The notes beneath the pieces are model-generated. The model saw only the letters and a list, made by a program, of their open reading frames with translations. It was not told the DNA's origin and did no database searches. A DNA stretch of 64,000 bases. It comes from a virus. This document shows positions 46,614-56,180 of the stretch, piece after piece; within the stretch, counting starts at the first letter, position 1; the number at the start of each line of letters is the position of its first letter. The stretch is taken from IMG/VR virus record IMGVR_UViG_3300007754_000004, positions 20,413 to 84,412 of that record; one strand, given 5' to 3'. The position numbers and the translations under genes are program-made.

Positions 46614-49561
46614 CAGTCAATCCGGAAGAGTAGCTCGAAATAGGTACCTGACCCGTTGAAGGCGCCATTGTCCGACGCGAAGCTAGCCGTCCAGCGGTCT
46701 CCATCGGAGAAGCTCAGGTCAGCCGCGTTTGCGGTCAACGTTACCGGGGTCACCGTCGCTGGGCTCAACGTGTTCATATCGAAGGGGGTGGCATTGAGAA
46801 CCGTGTTCCCCGTCGCTTCGTTGGTCACCGACAAGTCGTAGGCTCCCGTTGAGTTGACAGTCTGCATGTAGACCGTCACCCGCACCAGCGTGCAATCCCA
46901 GGAGACCCACCCGCGATGGTTCACCGTGGAAGCGGGAGCCGGAGCTACGTTGAACTGGAAGGGGATCTGATAAGAAGAGACCGCCTCCGGGGTGGCATCG
47001 CTAGCCGCTCGGAAGTACAGGGCTCCCTGCTGGAGGCCCCCAGACCCGTCGCTGACGAAAATAGCTCCCTTCCCGGCAGCCGTCGTCGGGGCCGCCGCTT
47101 CGTCGAAGATCAATCCCGTGGGATCAATCAAGCCCGGGACCGTCAGCTTGCCCGTGACCGCATCATAGACGAGGTCATTGACCCCGTTCCCAATCGTGAC
47201 CTGCTGGGTGCCAGAGCAGGACATGTCCACGAAGGTCGGGTAGGTGCCCGCTGTAAAGGTAGCCCCCCCGGCGACCGTAAAGTCACCCAGAGCGGCGTTG
47301 ACACCGGCATCGGCGGAGAGGAAGAAGACCTCCGCCGTAGAGCCCAGGGCGACCGTCGTTACAGTAATGACGCCAGCGGCTTCAGCAGCCGTGAGCCCCT
47401 TGAGAGCGGAGAGCTTGGTCACCACCTGAGCCAGCGTATCCGCTGAGTCCAAGCTCGCGGTGACAGCCCCCATGCTCGTGGCGAAGGTCACATCCCCGGT
47501 GACCCCGATGGGATCTGCCGAAGCGGCATTCGCTTCCAAAGTAGCCGCCGTCGCCGCCGTGGGATCCACCAGACGAACCGATGAAGCGGTCGATCCGGTC
47601 AACTCCTGACCGGGGACAAGGAACAAGGTTCCTGCGTCGCCGCCATTCGCCGGGTCGTAAGCTGCGCCCGCGATCAGATACAGGTCCGCGGCGTTGGGTG
47701 GGGTCGCGTCCGGAAGGGAATCCCCCCCTTGAAGGACCAGATTCCCGATATCCGAGCCGGAGACGCCGCTCTCCGTCTGAATCAGCAAGTTGTAATTCCG
47801 AGCCAGGACTTCCTGGCTTCGTGCCTGGATTCGGGCGTTCCCTTCCGCGTGGGCTACATCTGCGGGGATGACTGCCCAGCCCAGGGAGATCTGAGGACCC
47901 GCTCCGTAGGGGTTCGGGTCAAGAGAAATCTCCGGCTTGGTCAAAGCCCCGAGCGAAACCGCTCCCACGACCTCCAAGCCGCCGTCGGTGTTGCCGGCAG
48001 GCGGGGGATCTGAAGGGCTAGCGGCGTCTACGATCTGAACCGCCCCCTGATCCGCGATGATCGTCCGCCCACCACCGGAAGCCGCGACGCCATTGTCATA
48101 GGCGTCATCCAACGAGGTGACCAGGACGGAGAGACCATGAAGTTCATCCAGGGCGGCCTGGACCTCCGCCGCGGTCATCCCCGTGGTGCTGTTGTCGTAG
48201 AAGAGGGTGCTAGAGAGTACCGTCGCCGCGATGGTGGGCGAGCCTGTAGTAGAGACCCCACCGTGATAGGTAGAGCCCGCGTGGAGGGCTCCAGTCCCCG
48301 AGACGCCCGTGTCGTCAATGGTGATGGACCCGTCCACCCAACACCAGCGGAGACGGGCTCTCACGTCCCCGGAGATAGCTCCCCCGCTCGGGTGAATCGC
48401 GAGCGGAGTCCCCGTCCCGTCCATCTCAATCCGCGTATACTCCAAGAGGAGCAACTCCGCTGACGACTGGATGCCCGTAGCTCCCGTTCCGCTGGTCTGA
48501 ACCAGACACCCCACCATCGTACAGGTGGCCGAAGCGTCCAGGGCGAGGTTGATATCAGCTCCGCTCGGGCCCTTGAACTTGCAGCGGTGAAACTCCGCCG
48601 TGGTGCTGCTGCCCGTCTGGGTATACGCCAACCGATCTGCGGCCCCACCCGACGCGAATTCGATCCAGCAGTCGTGGGCCAGAAGAGATCCCCCGCTCAA
48701 ATCCAGAGCGGGACCCTGGCTAGCTGAAATCCCATCCTGAACAACATGGCAGCGGTAGAGGACCAGCTCCCCCGCCCCCGACTTGTCCAGTGTCGCGGAT
48801 GCCGAGGTGTTGACATTCTCCAGGGTCAGCCCCGAGACAGAACAACGATCCCCGCTGTTCGTCAGTGGAGCTGTGTGCAACCCCCGAAGAGCGGCGACGT
48901 TGTTGTCCTCGTGTCCCTTCTGATTCCCAGGCCACCCAACGAGGTGAACGTGGGCCTTCAGGGTGAGATCTTCCGCGTAGACACCCGGCCGGATGGCGAT
49001 GACGTAAGGCGAAGCCAGGGTGGCTCCTGCCGTGTCCGCGGCATCAATCGCCGCCTGAACCGTGCTGTGATCCGCGTACCCGGTCGCGGATCCATCCACG
49101 TACAGGATCTTCCCCGAGGCCGACACCGACTTGCAGAAAGCCAGGAGCGTCTGAAAGTTGGCGTTCTGCTCGTTGGTCCAACCCTCGGTGTCCACGTCTA
49201 CCGGGATCGTTCCCGTGCCATCCCGCCGCTCACCAGCAGCGACCAGCTTGAGACTTCCAAACACCGTCAGAACACGCAAGCGGACATGCTGCGTGCTCTC
49301 GGAGCCGAGCCCGGCGTCTACCGTCAGGCGGACCAGATAGGGGCCTTCCTTGTCCGCGACGAAGCCGCCCGGAGACACCGCAGTGACGTCCCCGGAGAAC
49401 GTCGCTGTGCTGCCCTCAGGCACGAAAGCGAGGGTCCAGGCGTAGGTGGTCGCGGAATCCACCGAGGAGACCGTGACGGTATCTCCAACGCCTACATCGT
49501 CGCGGCTCTGCCCATCAAGCTGAGACAGCCCGTTGACCAAACTACGGATGTTGGCGGCCAT
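46613..49561 (-). CDS. tailspike/receptor-binding protein with pectin-lyase-like beta-helix
   Basis: N-terminal PKD-like TYAWTLAFVPEGS...GPYLVRLTV; HSTVQAAIDAA...VIAIRPGVYAEDLTLKAHVHLVG beta-helix cap. Confidence 0.7.
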   Translation of the reverse strand: MAANIRSLVNGLSQLDGQSRDDVGVGDTVTVSSVDSATTYAWTLAFVPEGSTATFSGDVTAVSPGGFVADKEGPYLVRLTVDAGLGSESTQHVRLRVLTVFGSLKLVAAGERRDGTGTIPVDVDTEGWTNEQNANFQTLLAFCKSVSASGKILYVDGSATGYADHSTVQAAIDAADTAGATLASPYVIAIRPGVYAEDLTLKAHVHLVGWPGNQKGHEDNNVAALRGLHTAPLTNSGDRCSVSGLTLENVNTSASATLDKSGAGELVLYRCHVVQDGISASQGPALDLSGGSLLAHDCWIEFASGGAADRLAYTQTGSSTTAEFHRCKFKGPSGADINLALDASATCTMVGCLVQTSGTGATGIQSSAELLLLEYTRIEMDGTGTPLAIHPSGGAISGDVRARLRWCWVDGSITIDDTGVSGTGALHAGSTYHGGVSTTGSPTIAATVLSSTLFYDNSTTGMTAAEVQAALDELHGLSVLVTSLDDAYDNGVAASGGGRTIIADQGAVQIVDAASPSDPPPAGNTDGGLEVVGAVSLGALTKPEISLDPNPYGAGPQISLGWAVIPADVAHAEGNARIQARSQEVLARNYNLLIQTESGVSGSDIGNLVLQGGDSLPDATPPNAADLYLIAGAAYDPANGGDAGTLFLVPGQELTGSTASSVRLVDPTAATAATLEANAASADPIGVTGDVTFATSMGAVTASLDSADTLAQVVTKLSALKGLTAAEAAGVITVTTVALGSTAEVFFLSADAGVNAALGDFTVAGGATFTAGTYPTFVDMSCSGTQQVTIGNGVNDLVYDAVTGKLTVPGLIDPTGLIFDEAAAPTTAAGKGAIFVSDGSGGLQQGALYFRAASDATPEAVSSYQIPFQFNVAPAPASTVNHRGWVSWDCTLVRVTVYMQTVNSTGAYDLSVTNEATGNTVLNATPFDMNTLSPATVTPVTLTANAADLSFSDGDRWTASFASDNGAFNGSGTYFELLFRID

Positions 49562-49594
49562 GCAGCTCCTCAACCAGTTTCTACTCGCTGGGGG

Positions 49595-49610
49595 CTATAG
49601 GCGGACCATT
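49595..49610 (-). promoter_or_regulatory. putative late promoter, class B (TG variant)
   Basis: AATGGTCCGCCTATAG. Confidence 0.45.
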
Positions 49611-49660
49611 GACCAGCAGGAGTAGGGTCACATATGAACGCCCAATTCCACGAGCCACTC

Positions 49661-49687
49661 TGAGAATTTCAGAGCCCGAGTCGTATT
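49661..49687 (+). promoter_or_regulatory. putative promoter, class A (variant)
   Basis: TGAGAA-N14-TCGTATT. Confidence 0.4.
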
Positions 49688-49708
49688 CTCCTGTAGAGAG
49701 GCATCGAC

Positions 49709-49951
49709 ATGACCTGCCAGGGAACGCTGAAAGAAACTCTCCGGGTTCAGACCCGGCTACTGGAAGAGCTACACCGAGCAGAGAGGGAAACGGACAAGTG
49801 GTTCCCCCACCAGAACAAGGGACAGTTCTGTGCCCTCGTCAGAAACTCGCTGGAGGCGGCTGAGGCGATCCTCGGTCCTCATGACCCGGTCATGGCGGGG
49901 GCCTGGACCATGTTCGACCAGTACGCCGGGATCTACAAGAGGGGCGGCTAG
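49709..49951 (+). CDS. small hypothetical protein (antisense insertion in the structural module)
   Basis: GAGG SD, 80 aa, own promoter motif. Confidence 0.55.
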   Translation: MTCQGTLKETLRVQTRLLEELHRAERETDKWFPHQNKGQFCALVRNSLEAAEAILGPHDPVMAGAWTMFDQYAGIYKRGG

Positions 49952-51243
49952 ATATAGAACTGAGCCGACACGTCTTCCGCCGAGACGACCTTCGGTACCC
50001 GCATCCCGAGCCGGTCTACGGTCACCTCATACGCTTGCCCTGTCCCCACCGCGGGCATTCTCTTCCGCAACCGGAGAATGCTGGGGGCCGCTCGAACCTT
50101 GGTAGCGGGTCCAGATGCCGTCCCTACCGGACCACCAGACGCCCCCAGGAGCGTCTTGAGGAGATAAGTCCCGATGTTGGCCCCAGCCGTGAAAGTGATC
50201 GTCTCTCCCTCCACAGCCTGTCCAAAATCCTGGGAGGCGTCTTCGATCACGTCCTCCGTGACGGTCGCTGTCCCGGTCAAGCCGGTAGGCGAGGTCGTGT
50301 AGCTCCTCGCTGTGCTGTCGTTACCCGCTGGGAAGACGAGTACATCGCGGACCTCATAGCGGCCGATATTATCCCCTGCCGAGAGCACCAGGAGAGCGTC
50401 GGCGGAGATGCTGGTGAAGTCCCGGGAGGGATCCGAGAATAGAGTCCGATCCGTGTGCGTCTCCCCCGCCGTCCCCGTAATGGACTTCGCCCCGTAGCAG
50501 TAACCCCGGAGATCGTCGTAGTAATAGTTCTCGACGGTCCATGAAACCGTGTCCGTGAACACATCTCCGAAGGCATCCCGGAACAAATGCCTGTACTCAT
50601 AGAGAGTGTGGGCAGGCTTAAGAGCCTTCAGAACCAGCCGGACGTTCTCCTGAAGTATGATCGGGTCCTCTTCCGGCCACTCGGTTCCACCCTCCCGCTC
50701 GACGTTCACCTCAAAAGTAAATTGGTCGTCGAACCCCCAAGCGGTCCCCTCATCATGAGCATGAGCCACCTTGTCAATGACGGTTACGTCAGCGGTGGTG
50801 AGAAGATCTACTCCTTCTTCCATTGTGGCCCGGGTGGCTCCCTTCAAGAGCAGAACCACCATGTTCTTCAGAAAGGCCCGATAGGTTACGTCCCCATCGA
50901 TCTGGGGAATCGACCCATGACGGAGAGACTCCGGGAAGATGAGCTGACCGAGAATCTGCCAGAGGAATTCAGCCCGCGTGTAGTCGAAGTCCGTATCTAA
51001 GAAGACCTGCTGAGCCCCGACCTGAATCCTCGCCAGCTCCTCCGCGAGAGCCTGGAACTGGAGGGTGTACCAGGGGCCGTTGACCTGGGCGATGTAGTTC
51101 GACGGGAGCACCTTGAGGAAGGCCGCCATGACCTTCTGCGTCTGGGCTTCGACTCGGTTCTCATAGTCCTGACCAGAGAGGTCCGCCTGAGCGGGGTTCT
51201 GCTCAATGAGGTCAGGGAGCCCGTGCTGGGTAGGATCCGCCAT
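49948..51243 (-). CDS. baseplate wedge protein (gpI/gp48-like)
   Basis: LPSNY...LAEELARI...LWQILG...DVTYRAFL...LLKGAT...LKPAHT pattern; downstream of the J-like gene. Confidence 0.75.
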   Translation of the reverse strand: MADPTQHGLPDLIEQNPAQADLSGQDYENRVEAQTQKVMAAFLKVLPSNYIAQVNGPWYTLQFQALAEELARIQVGAQQVFLDTDFDYTRAEFLWQILGQLIFPESLRHGSIPQIDGDVTYRAFLKNMVVLLLKGATRATMEEGVDLLTTADVTVIDKVAHAHDEGTAWGFDDQFTFEVNVEREGGTEWPEEDPIILQENVRLVLKALKPAHTLYEYRHLFRDAFGDVFTDTVSWTVENYYYDDLRGYCYGAKSITGTAGETHTDRTLFSDPSRDFTSISADALLVLSAGDNIGRYEVRDVLVFPAGNDSTARSYTTSPTGLTGTATVTEDVIEDASQDFGQAVEGETITFTAGANIGTYLLKTLLGASGGPVGTASGPATKVRAAPSILRLRKRMPAVGTGQAYEVTVDRLGMRVPKVVSAEDVSAQFYI

Positions 51244-51716
51244 CAGACGTTGAACCGCTTCCGAGCGTCCGCAGGAGAGGAGCCGTTGGGGAGATAAACC
51301 GCCCCGTCACCGATCCAACGGTTTCCGACTTGATACTCCAGCACCCACTTTTCCGTGTTGAGCCGACCCATAGCTCTGACGCCGCTGTCCGGACCAAGGC
51401 CCCGCACCCGATAGGGAGTCCCCTCATACTCGAAATGATCCACCCCATGACGAGCCAGCCGGATCCGTCGGGATCCGTCGTAGAGTCTCCACGCCATCCC
51501 GTCACCGGAATAGTCGTAGCTGGCTTGCTCTTCGACCCATCCCCGGATCCGCTCCAGGGACTCGTCGAAGATCAGCTCAAGAACGGCACCGTCCGGGCGA
51601 GCAGAACCCACGGGGGTCATGGTGACCTTGCGGAGACCCCGGCCGAACTCCTCCTCGGCTTCCATTTGAACCAGCTCCAGGTTGTCCTTTCGCGATTCCA
51701 CAATCACGCCGATCAT
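51243..51716 (-). CDS. hypothetical protein
   Basis: 157 aa, translationally coupled at both ends between baseplate genes. Confidence 0.6.
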   Translation of the reverse strand: MIGVIVESRKDNLELVQMEAEEEFGRGLRKVTMTPVGSARPDGAVLELIFDESLERIRGWVEEQASYDYSGDGMAWRLYDGSRRIRLARHGVDHFEYEGTPYRVRGLGPDSGVRAMGRLNTEKWVLEYQVGNRWIGDGAVYLPNGSSPADARKRFNV

Positions 51717-54700
51717 GCCGAATCCTCGTCGTAGGTGAAGGTGAGGGTGCCCACGCTCAGATAGGCCGCCTTGCTCGGGTCGATGTTCTTCGCACCCGTG
51801 TCCGTCCCCACAATATAGGTCACCGTGTAATCGTGCTCTGAAGGGGCATCAGCCGCAGCCAGGGAAATGACTACCCGATTCGCGGTCAACTCCTTCAGCC
51901 GATCTTCTTTCTCCTGGTCCGTCTCATACCCAGCGGCGTCCAAGGTCGTGTCATCCGTCAAGCCCTCGATCAGATGACCATCTGAGCCGATGATATAGGC
52001 TCGACCCGCGGCGAGGCCCAACGCCGTCTGAGGCGGCACAATCTGGAGATCCAACTCGTCGTCGTCCTGATAGACCCCGCGATACTCCGTGGACGCACCC
52101 CCTCCGGTTGTCGTCGCGGCGTCCAGCTCCTCTTCAATCAACCACACGCTGATCTCAGGAGTGGACCAGGAGGCAAGGTAGGTGACGTCTCCTGACTGGT
52201 CGGTTCGCAGAGCCTCCCGAATCACCTGTGACCCAGCTTGCCTCACCATGAGGGTGAGAGGCTCCACCACATAGGAGACTTGAGTGGCCCCGCCGATAGA
52301 TCCGGTGACGTTGGATTGCCGAAGCGGCTCGCCAAGCCGAAGCCCGCTGAAGAGATTTTCGAGGTTGGTCCGAATGGCTGAATCCGCGGCTGCTTGATCG
52401 GCTCTCTTCTTCAATACGACCGTAGCTGAAATATCTACCGGGATTTTCACCGCGTCTTTGACCAGGATATCGCTGCACACATGGCGGGAGCTATCCAGGT
52501 CTCCCTGAGCGACTGAGACCACCTGATTGACTTCGTACTCAACCGTGAAGTTCTCGTCGTGCTTATAGCTGATCAGGACGGAAGCCCCTGAGGCGATGTT
52601 CCCTCCCTCGACTCTCTTGACGGACACCGCAGTCGTCTGATTCCCTTCGACGATGGTGTAGTCACTCACTCCAGAGCTGTCGTTGGGGCCCCGGTGAGTC
52701 GTGAGCCCGTCTGAAGACTTCACCACCAGAGTCCGCGAATCACACCCGAGGTTGTTCAGGTACTCCAGGTACTCCCCAATCAGAGTGTGAGCCTCATCCG
52801 TCACCTGGATGCTATCCCCGCTGGGTGTCAGCACCCCAGCGGAGTTCGTCGTCCCCGTGATCAAGAGATAGTCTCCCGCCTTGGTAGACCTCCCGATCCC
52901 CAAAGGGGCCTCCGGGTGGTAGAGCGCATAGGCGGCGGAAGCCAGCTCGCCGCTGATCACCCCTGTCACGGACTTGATCGAACGAGCCGGCTGACGAGGC
53001 AACGTAAACTTGCTCCCTGTCCTATAGCGATAATCCCCCAACACCACGTCCGTCAGGGTCACAGCAGGCTGGGCGACGCTGGTGTCCAGAACGATGGTGT
53101 CGTAGCTGGAGATGGTCACGTCGTCCAAGGTGAACACCTGACCCGTGCTGGCGTTTCTCAGTTCATACCCCGCGTCGGAGTCGTCCAACATCTCAACGAT
53201 CGGGTTCTCCAGGGAGAGATTAGCGTCCACCGCCCGGAAAGTGAGATCAGCGGGATCCCCGACGACTTCAAATTGAACGTCCTGCTTGATTTCAAAGGTG
53301 AAGGCGAAGGTGTCTGTGACCTTCGCCACGTTCTCCCCCTGGAGCCAAACATCCACCTTTCCGCCGACATGCTTGGAGCCGTCGTAGTCTCGTTGCATCA
53401 GCGTTTCGCCTGCGGTCACCACCTCCGCTTGAAGGACGCCGGACACATCTGCCGCGATCTGTAGGAGACCCCGCTCCGTCCCTGAGTCCACGCTGGCGAG
53501 AGCGTTCTGACACCGCTCCGCGAGTTCCTTGTTGGACTCCGAATTTTTACCGCCGAAGGTCGCTGCCGCGTTGCTGACCGAGAGCCCGAGAGACCGAGCT
53601 GCGTTGCTCTGGATGGTCCGAATCTGACCTGCCCCAACCTCACCGGCAGATCCCACAGAAGAAGCCTTCACCGGCAGCGTAACCGACCAACGACCCGTGG
53701 AAGGGTTGTAGTGGCTGGCAAGACTGGACAGGCTGATACTCCCCGCCCGGGTGGTCTTGAAAGAAACCGAGCCTGAAGAAACTGTCGTCCCGATCGCCAC
53801 CGTCAAAGTCCGAGTCGGCTGGGAGGTCGTGTAAAAAGTCACCTCCCCCCGAGCAAACTGACCCGCCCGACGGGTCGCTCCATAACGAGCCGCCAAGGCT
53901 TCAAACCCGCGATCAATGAGACTCTGAACGTCAGAGTTGCTCGTCAGGAAGAATGCCTTCTTCAACGCCTGCTTGTACGTCGAAGCGGATACGTCCACGC
54001 TGCTGCCCGTGCCTGAGGGGTCGTCGATCAGCAACAGCGAAGAGAAGCTCGCCATTCGGTGCAAGAAATCCTGAATGAAACGAAGCCGTTCCGCTTCCGC
54101 CATCGCAGGATCGATCACGGTATCCCTGAGGACACTCCCCGGACCCACTTTGATTTGAGGATTGCTCCGATAGATGGCGGCGACCATCGTCCTGGTAAGC
54201 TGTTGACGAGTCCTCGCGGGGAAACTCCCAAGCGTGTTGGTCACCGTCACGGGGCGAGCCGCTACCTCCGATGAGTACCCGGATTCAATCTCTCTCCGGG
54301 TGGTCGAGTCGTAGTAAATCGCCGTGACCACGTAATAGAGAGGGTCCTCGACCCGAGTCGCGGCGAAGTCGCCATTGGAGATCGTGGCCGGGGTAGAAGT
54401 CGGCCCCCCTGATCGAACGTGGTCGAAGCTGTATGAGGTGATCTGGCGAACGGTGTCGATCTGAGCCGTCACCCGCACATCTGTCGCCGTCTCCGGGATC
54501 TCCAGCTTGTCGTCAAAATCGCTCTGGAGGAGGAGATCCTTGCTGTCTACCTGCGTGCCAACAACCCGGACATAGAGAGGATCCGAAGCGTGGTCTCCTG
54601 CGGCGTCCAGCTTGATCGAGTTGTCCGCCGTGATTGACCCGACGGAGGTTACCTCTTCCTCCGTCGTACCCGAATCCACCGGGCTCAAGTTGATGAGCTG

Positions 54701-55177
54701 GTACCCCGTGGTACCCCCGCCGGACTCCGTCGAAGCGTAGAAGTTGTACCCGATAACGTTGGAATCGGAGAGGCCCTCGACCTTGATCCGAACCTTGTTG
54801 TCAAAGCTCTCGACCGAGATGTTCGTAGGGGCATTCGCGACAACCCCCACGTCCGCTTCCTGAACCAGGGTCGCCTCAATCACCACAGGCTCACTGACCT
54901 GTCCTGTGGACGCAATGGACCTCACCTGGAGGTTGTTCACTCCAGCGATGAGCGGGAGACCATCCGGGTACGCCGCCGGGTTGGGCAGAGTCCAAGCCGT
55001 ACCCGTGAAGTACACAAGGTCCGGGTCCGAGACGAACGCTCCACCCCGAACCGAGACCTCCATGTCTACCGTGCTGGAGTCCATCGTCCCTGAGAAGAAC
55101 CGAGTCCCCAAGGTAGTCGAGAACTTCCATGAAGCCCGAGCCACGCTATCCGAGCCCGTTACCACCGGGGCAGCCAT
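51713..55177 (-). CDS. baseplate J/gp47-family wedge protein (extended, 1154 aa)
   Basis: GSVLRD, LAARYGATRRAGQFARGEVTF, GGKNSESNKELAER, GGKVDVWL, LRLGEPLRQS motifs. Confidence 0.85.
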   Translation of the reverse strand: MAAPVVTGSDSVARASWKFSTTLGTRFFSGTMDSSTVDMEVSVRGGAFVSDPDLVYFTGTAWTLPNPAAYPDGLPLIAGVNNLQVRSIASTGQVSEPVVIEATLVQEADVGVVANAPTNISVESFDNKVRIKVEGLSDSNVIGYNFYASTESGGGTTGYQLINLSPVDSGTTEEEVTSVGSITADNSIKLDAAGDHASDPLYVRVVGTQVDSKDLLLQSDFDDKLEIPETATDVRVTAQIDTVRQITSYSFDHVRSGGPTSTPATISNGDFAATRVEDPLYYVVTAIYYDSTTRREIESGYSSEVAARPVTVTNTLGSFPARTRQQLTRTMVAAIYRSNPQIKVGPGSVLRDTVIDPAMAEAERLRFIQDFLHRMASFSSLLLIDDPSGTGSSVDVSASTYKQALKKAFFLTSNSDVQSLIDRGFEALAARYGATRRAGQFARGEVTFYTTSQPTRTLTVAIGTTVSSGSVSFKTTRAGSISLSSLASHYNPSTGRWSVTLPVKASSVGSAGEVGAGQIRTIQSNAARSLGLSVSNAAATFGGKNSESNKELAERCQNALASVDSGTERGLLQIAADVSGVLQAEVVTAGETLMQRDYDGSKHVGGKVDVWLQGENVAKVTDTFAFTFEIKQDVQFEVVGDPADLTFRAVDANLSLENPIVEMLDDSDAGYELRNASTGQVFTLDDVTISSYDTIVLDTSVAQPAVTLTDVVLGDYRYRTGSKFTLPRQPARSIKSVTGVISGELASAAYALYHPEAPLGIGRSTKAGDYLLITGTTNSAGVLTPSGDSIQVTDEAHTLIGEYLEYLNNLGCDSRTLVVKSSDGLTTHRGPNDSSGVSDYTIVEGNQTTAVSVKRVEGGNIASGASVLISYKHDENFTVEYEVNQVVSVAQGDLDSSRHVCSDILVKDAVKIPVDISATVVLKKRADQAAADSAIRTNLENLFSGLRLGEPLRQSNVTGSIGGATQVSYVVEPLTLMVRQAGSQVIREALRTDQSGDVTYLASWSTPEISVWLIEEELDAATTTGGGASTEYRGVYQDDDELDLQIVPPQTALGLAAGRAYIIGSDGHLIEGLTDDTTLDAAGYETDQEKEDRLKELTANRVVISLAAADAPSEHDYTVTYIVGTDTGAKNIDPSKAAYLSVGTLTFTYDEDSA

Positions 55178-55214
55178 CAGACCTCACTCCAAGTCATCTC
55201 AACCAACCCAACCT

Positions 55215-55229
55215 GATAAAGCCAATACC
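55215..55229 (-). promoter_or_regulatory. putative late promoter, class B
   Basis: GGTATTGGCTTTATC. Confidence 0.5.
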
Positions 55230-55232
55230 GCA

Positions 55233-55259
55233 GGTAACTTTTTCTCCCACACTCGTATA
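55233..55259 (+). promoter_or_regulatory. putative promoter, class A
   Basis: GGTAAC-N14-TCGTATA. Confidence 0.6.
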
Positions 55260-55280
55260 TACCCGTAAGAGGAGTTCAGA

Positions 55281-55505
55281 ATGAACCTGCCCGGCTACGA
55301 TTCATGGAAGATCGACGGAAACCGAACTTACTGCTACGACTGCGGGGAATACTGGTATGAAGCCTACGGGTGTGCCTGCGACGAGGGTGATGTGCCCGAC
55401 GACCAGGACTACCCGGACGAGAACCCGGCCCCGGCTTGTGGAGACCCCGAGTGCGAGGAGCCCGAGTGCCAGCCCGTCGGTGGGGATTTCTCTCTCCCCT
55501 TCTGA
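55281..55505 (+). CDS. small acidic Cys-rich protein
   Basis: AGAGGAG SD; CYDC, CAC, CGDPECEEPEC; ends DFSLPF. Confidence 0.65.
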   Translation: MNLPGYDSWKIDGNRTYCYDCGEYWYEAYGCACDEGDVPDDQDYPDENPAPACGDPECEEPECQPVGGDFSLPF

Positions 55506-55529
55506 AAAACTCCGGGGGTCGGTCGTATA
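55503..55529 (+). promoter_or_regulatory. putative promoter, class A (variant)
   Basis: TGAAAA-N14-TCGTATA. Confidence 0.45.
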
Positions 55530-55536
55530 GGGGACC

Positions 55537-56178
55537 ATGAGCTACATCGCGACCCCTTCCCGCAGTACCCTGCCCACCTCCATGAAGAGTCGCTTCTACG
55601 ACTCCTTCCAGCCCCGGACGTGGTCCGAGCTGGCGGAGCACGCCGGCATGTCCTCCCGCCCGGCGTACTACTCCGGGCGGGGGGTAAACCGCGGGGACCT
55701 CGGCTATCGCGAGCTGACCTGCATCTACCGCTACCTGGAGGCCGGAGCCAGTCAACGGCACTTTCCGGAGACCGCTCCCGAAGGATTCATCTCGATGGTC
55801 CTGAGCATCGAGATCCTCTCGGCCACCGCTTTCCTCAATCACTTGAGGGACCTCGCCAACAACGGCTGGGTCTGGTACGAGGCCGCCCCCAAGGAGCAGC
55901 ACATCGCGGTGGACCGGAATGAGGATGGGAGTCCCGGCCCCGGGGCGATGGCTCAGACGCTCTTCGGAATCGTGGGGAAGAGAGAGAGAAACACGAGGAT
56001 GGAAACTCGGGAGACCAAGGGTTTCCAGCGGTCCTTCCTGGCGAAGATCGACCAGAGCCACAGGATGCCACCTCGGGAGACACCTGAGGTGTCGGAATAC
56101 TGCTGGGGGGCTGGGTGGGGCGAGGACGTTTCCGACTACGATGAGTGGCTGGGGGAGCCCTGGCCGCCGCCGGATTGA
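55537..56178 (+). CDS. hypothetical protein
   Basis: 213-aa ORF with GC3-rich codons. Confidence 0.65.
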   Translation: MSYIATPSRSTLPTSMKSRFYDSFQPRTWSELAEHAGMSSRPAYYSGRGVNRGDLGYRELTCIYRYLEAGASQRHFPETAPEGFISMVLSIEILSATAFLNHLRDLANNGWVWYEAAPKEQHIAVDRNEDGSPGPGAMAQTLFGIVGKRERNTRMETRETKGFQRSFLAKIDQSHRMPPRETPEVSEYCWGAGWGEDVSDYDEWLGEPWPPPD

Positions 56179-56180
56179 TA

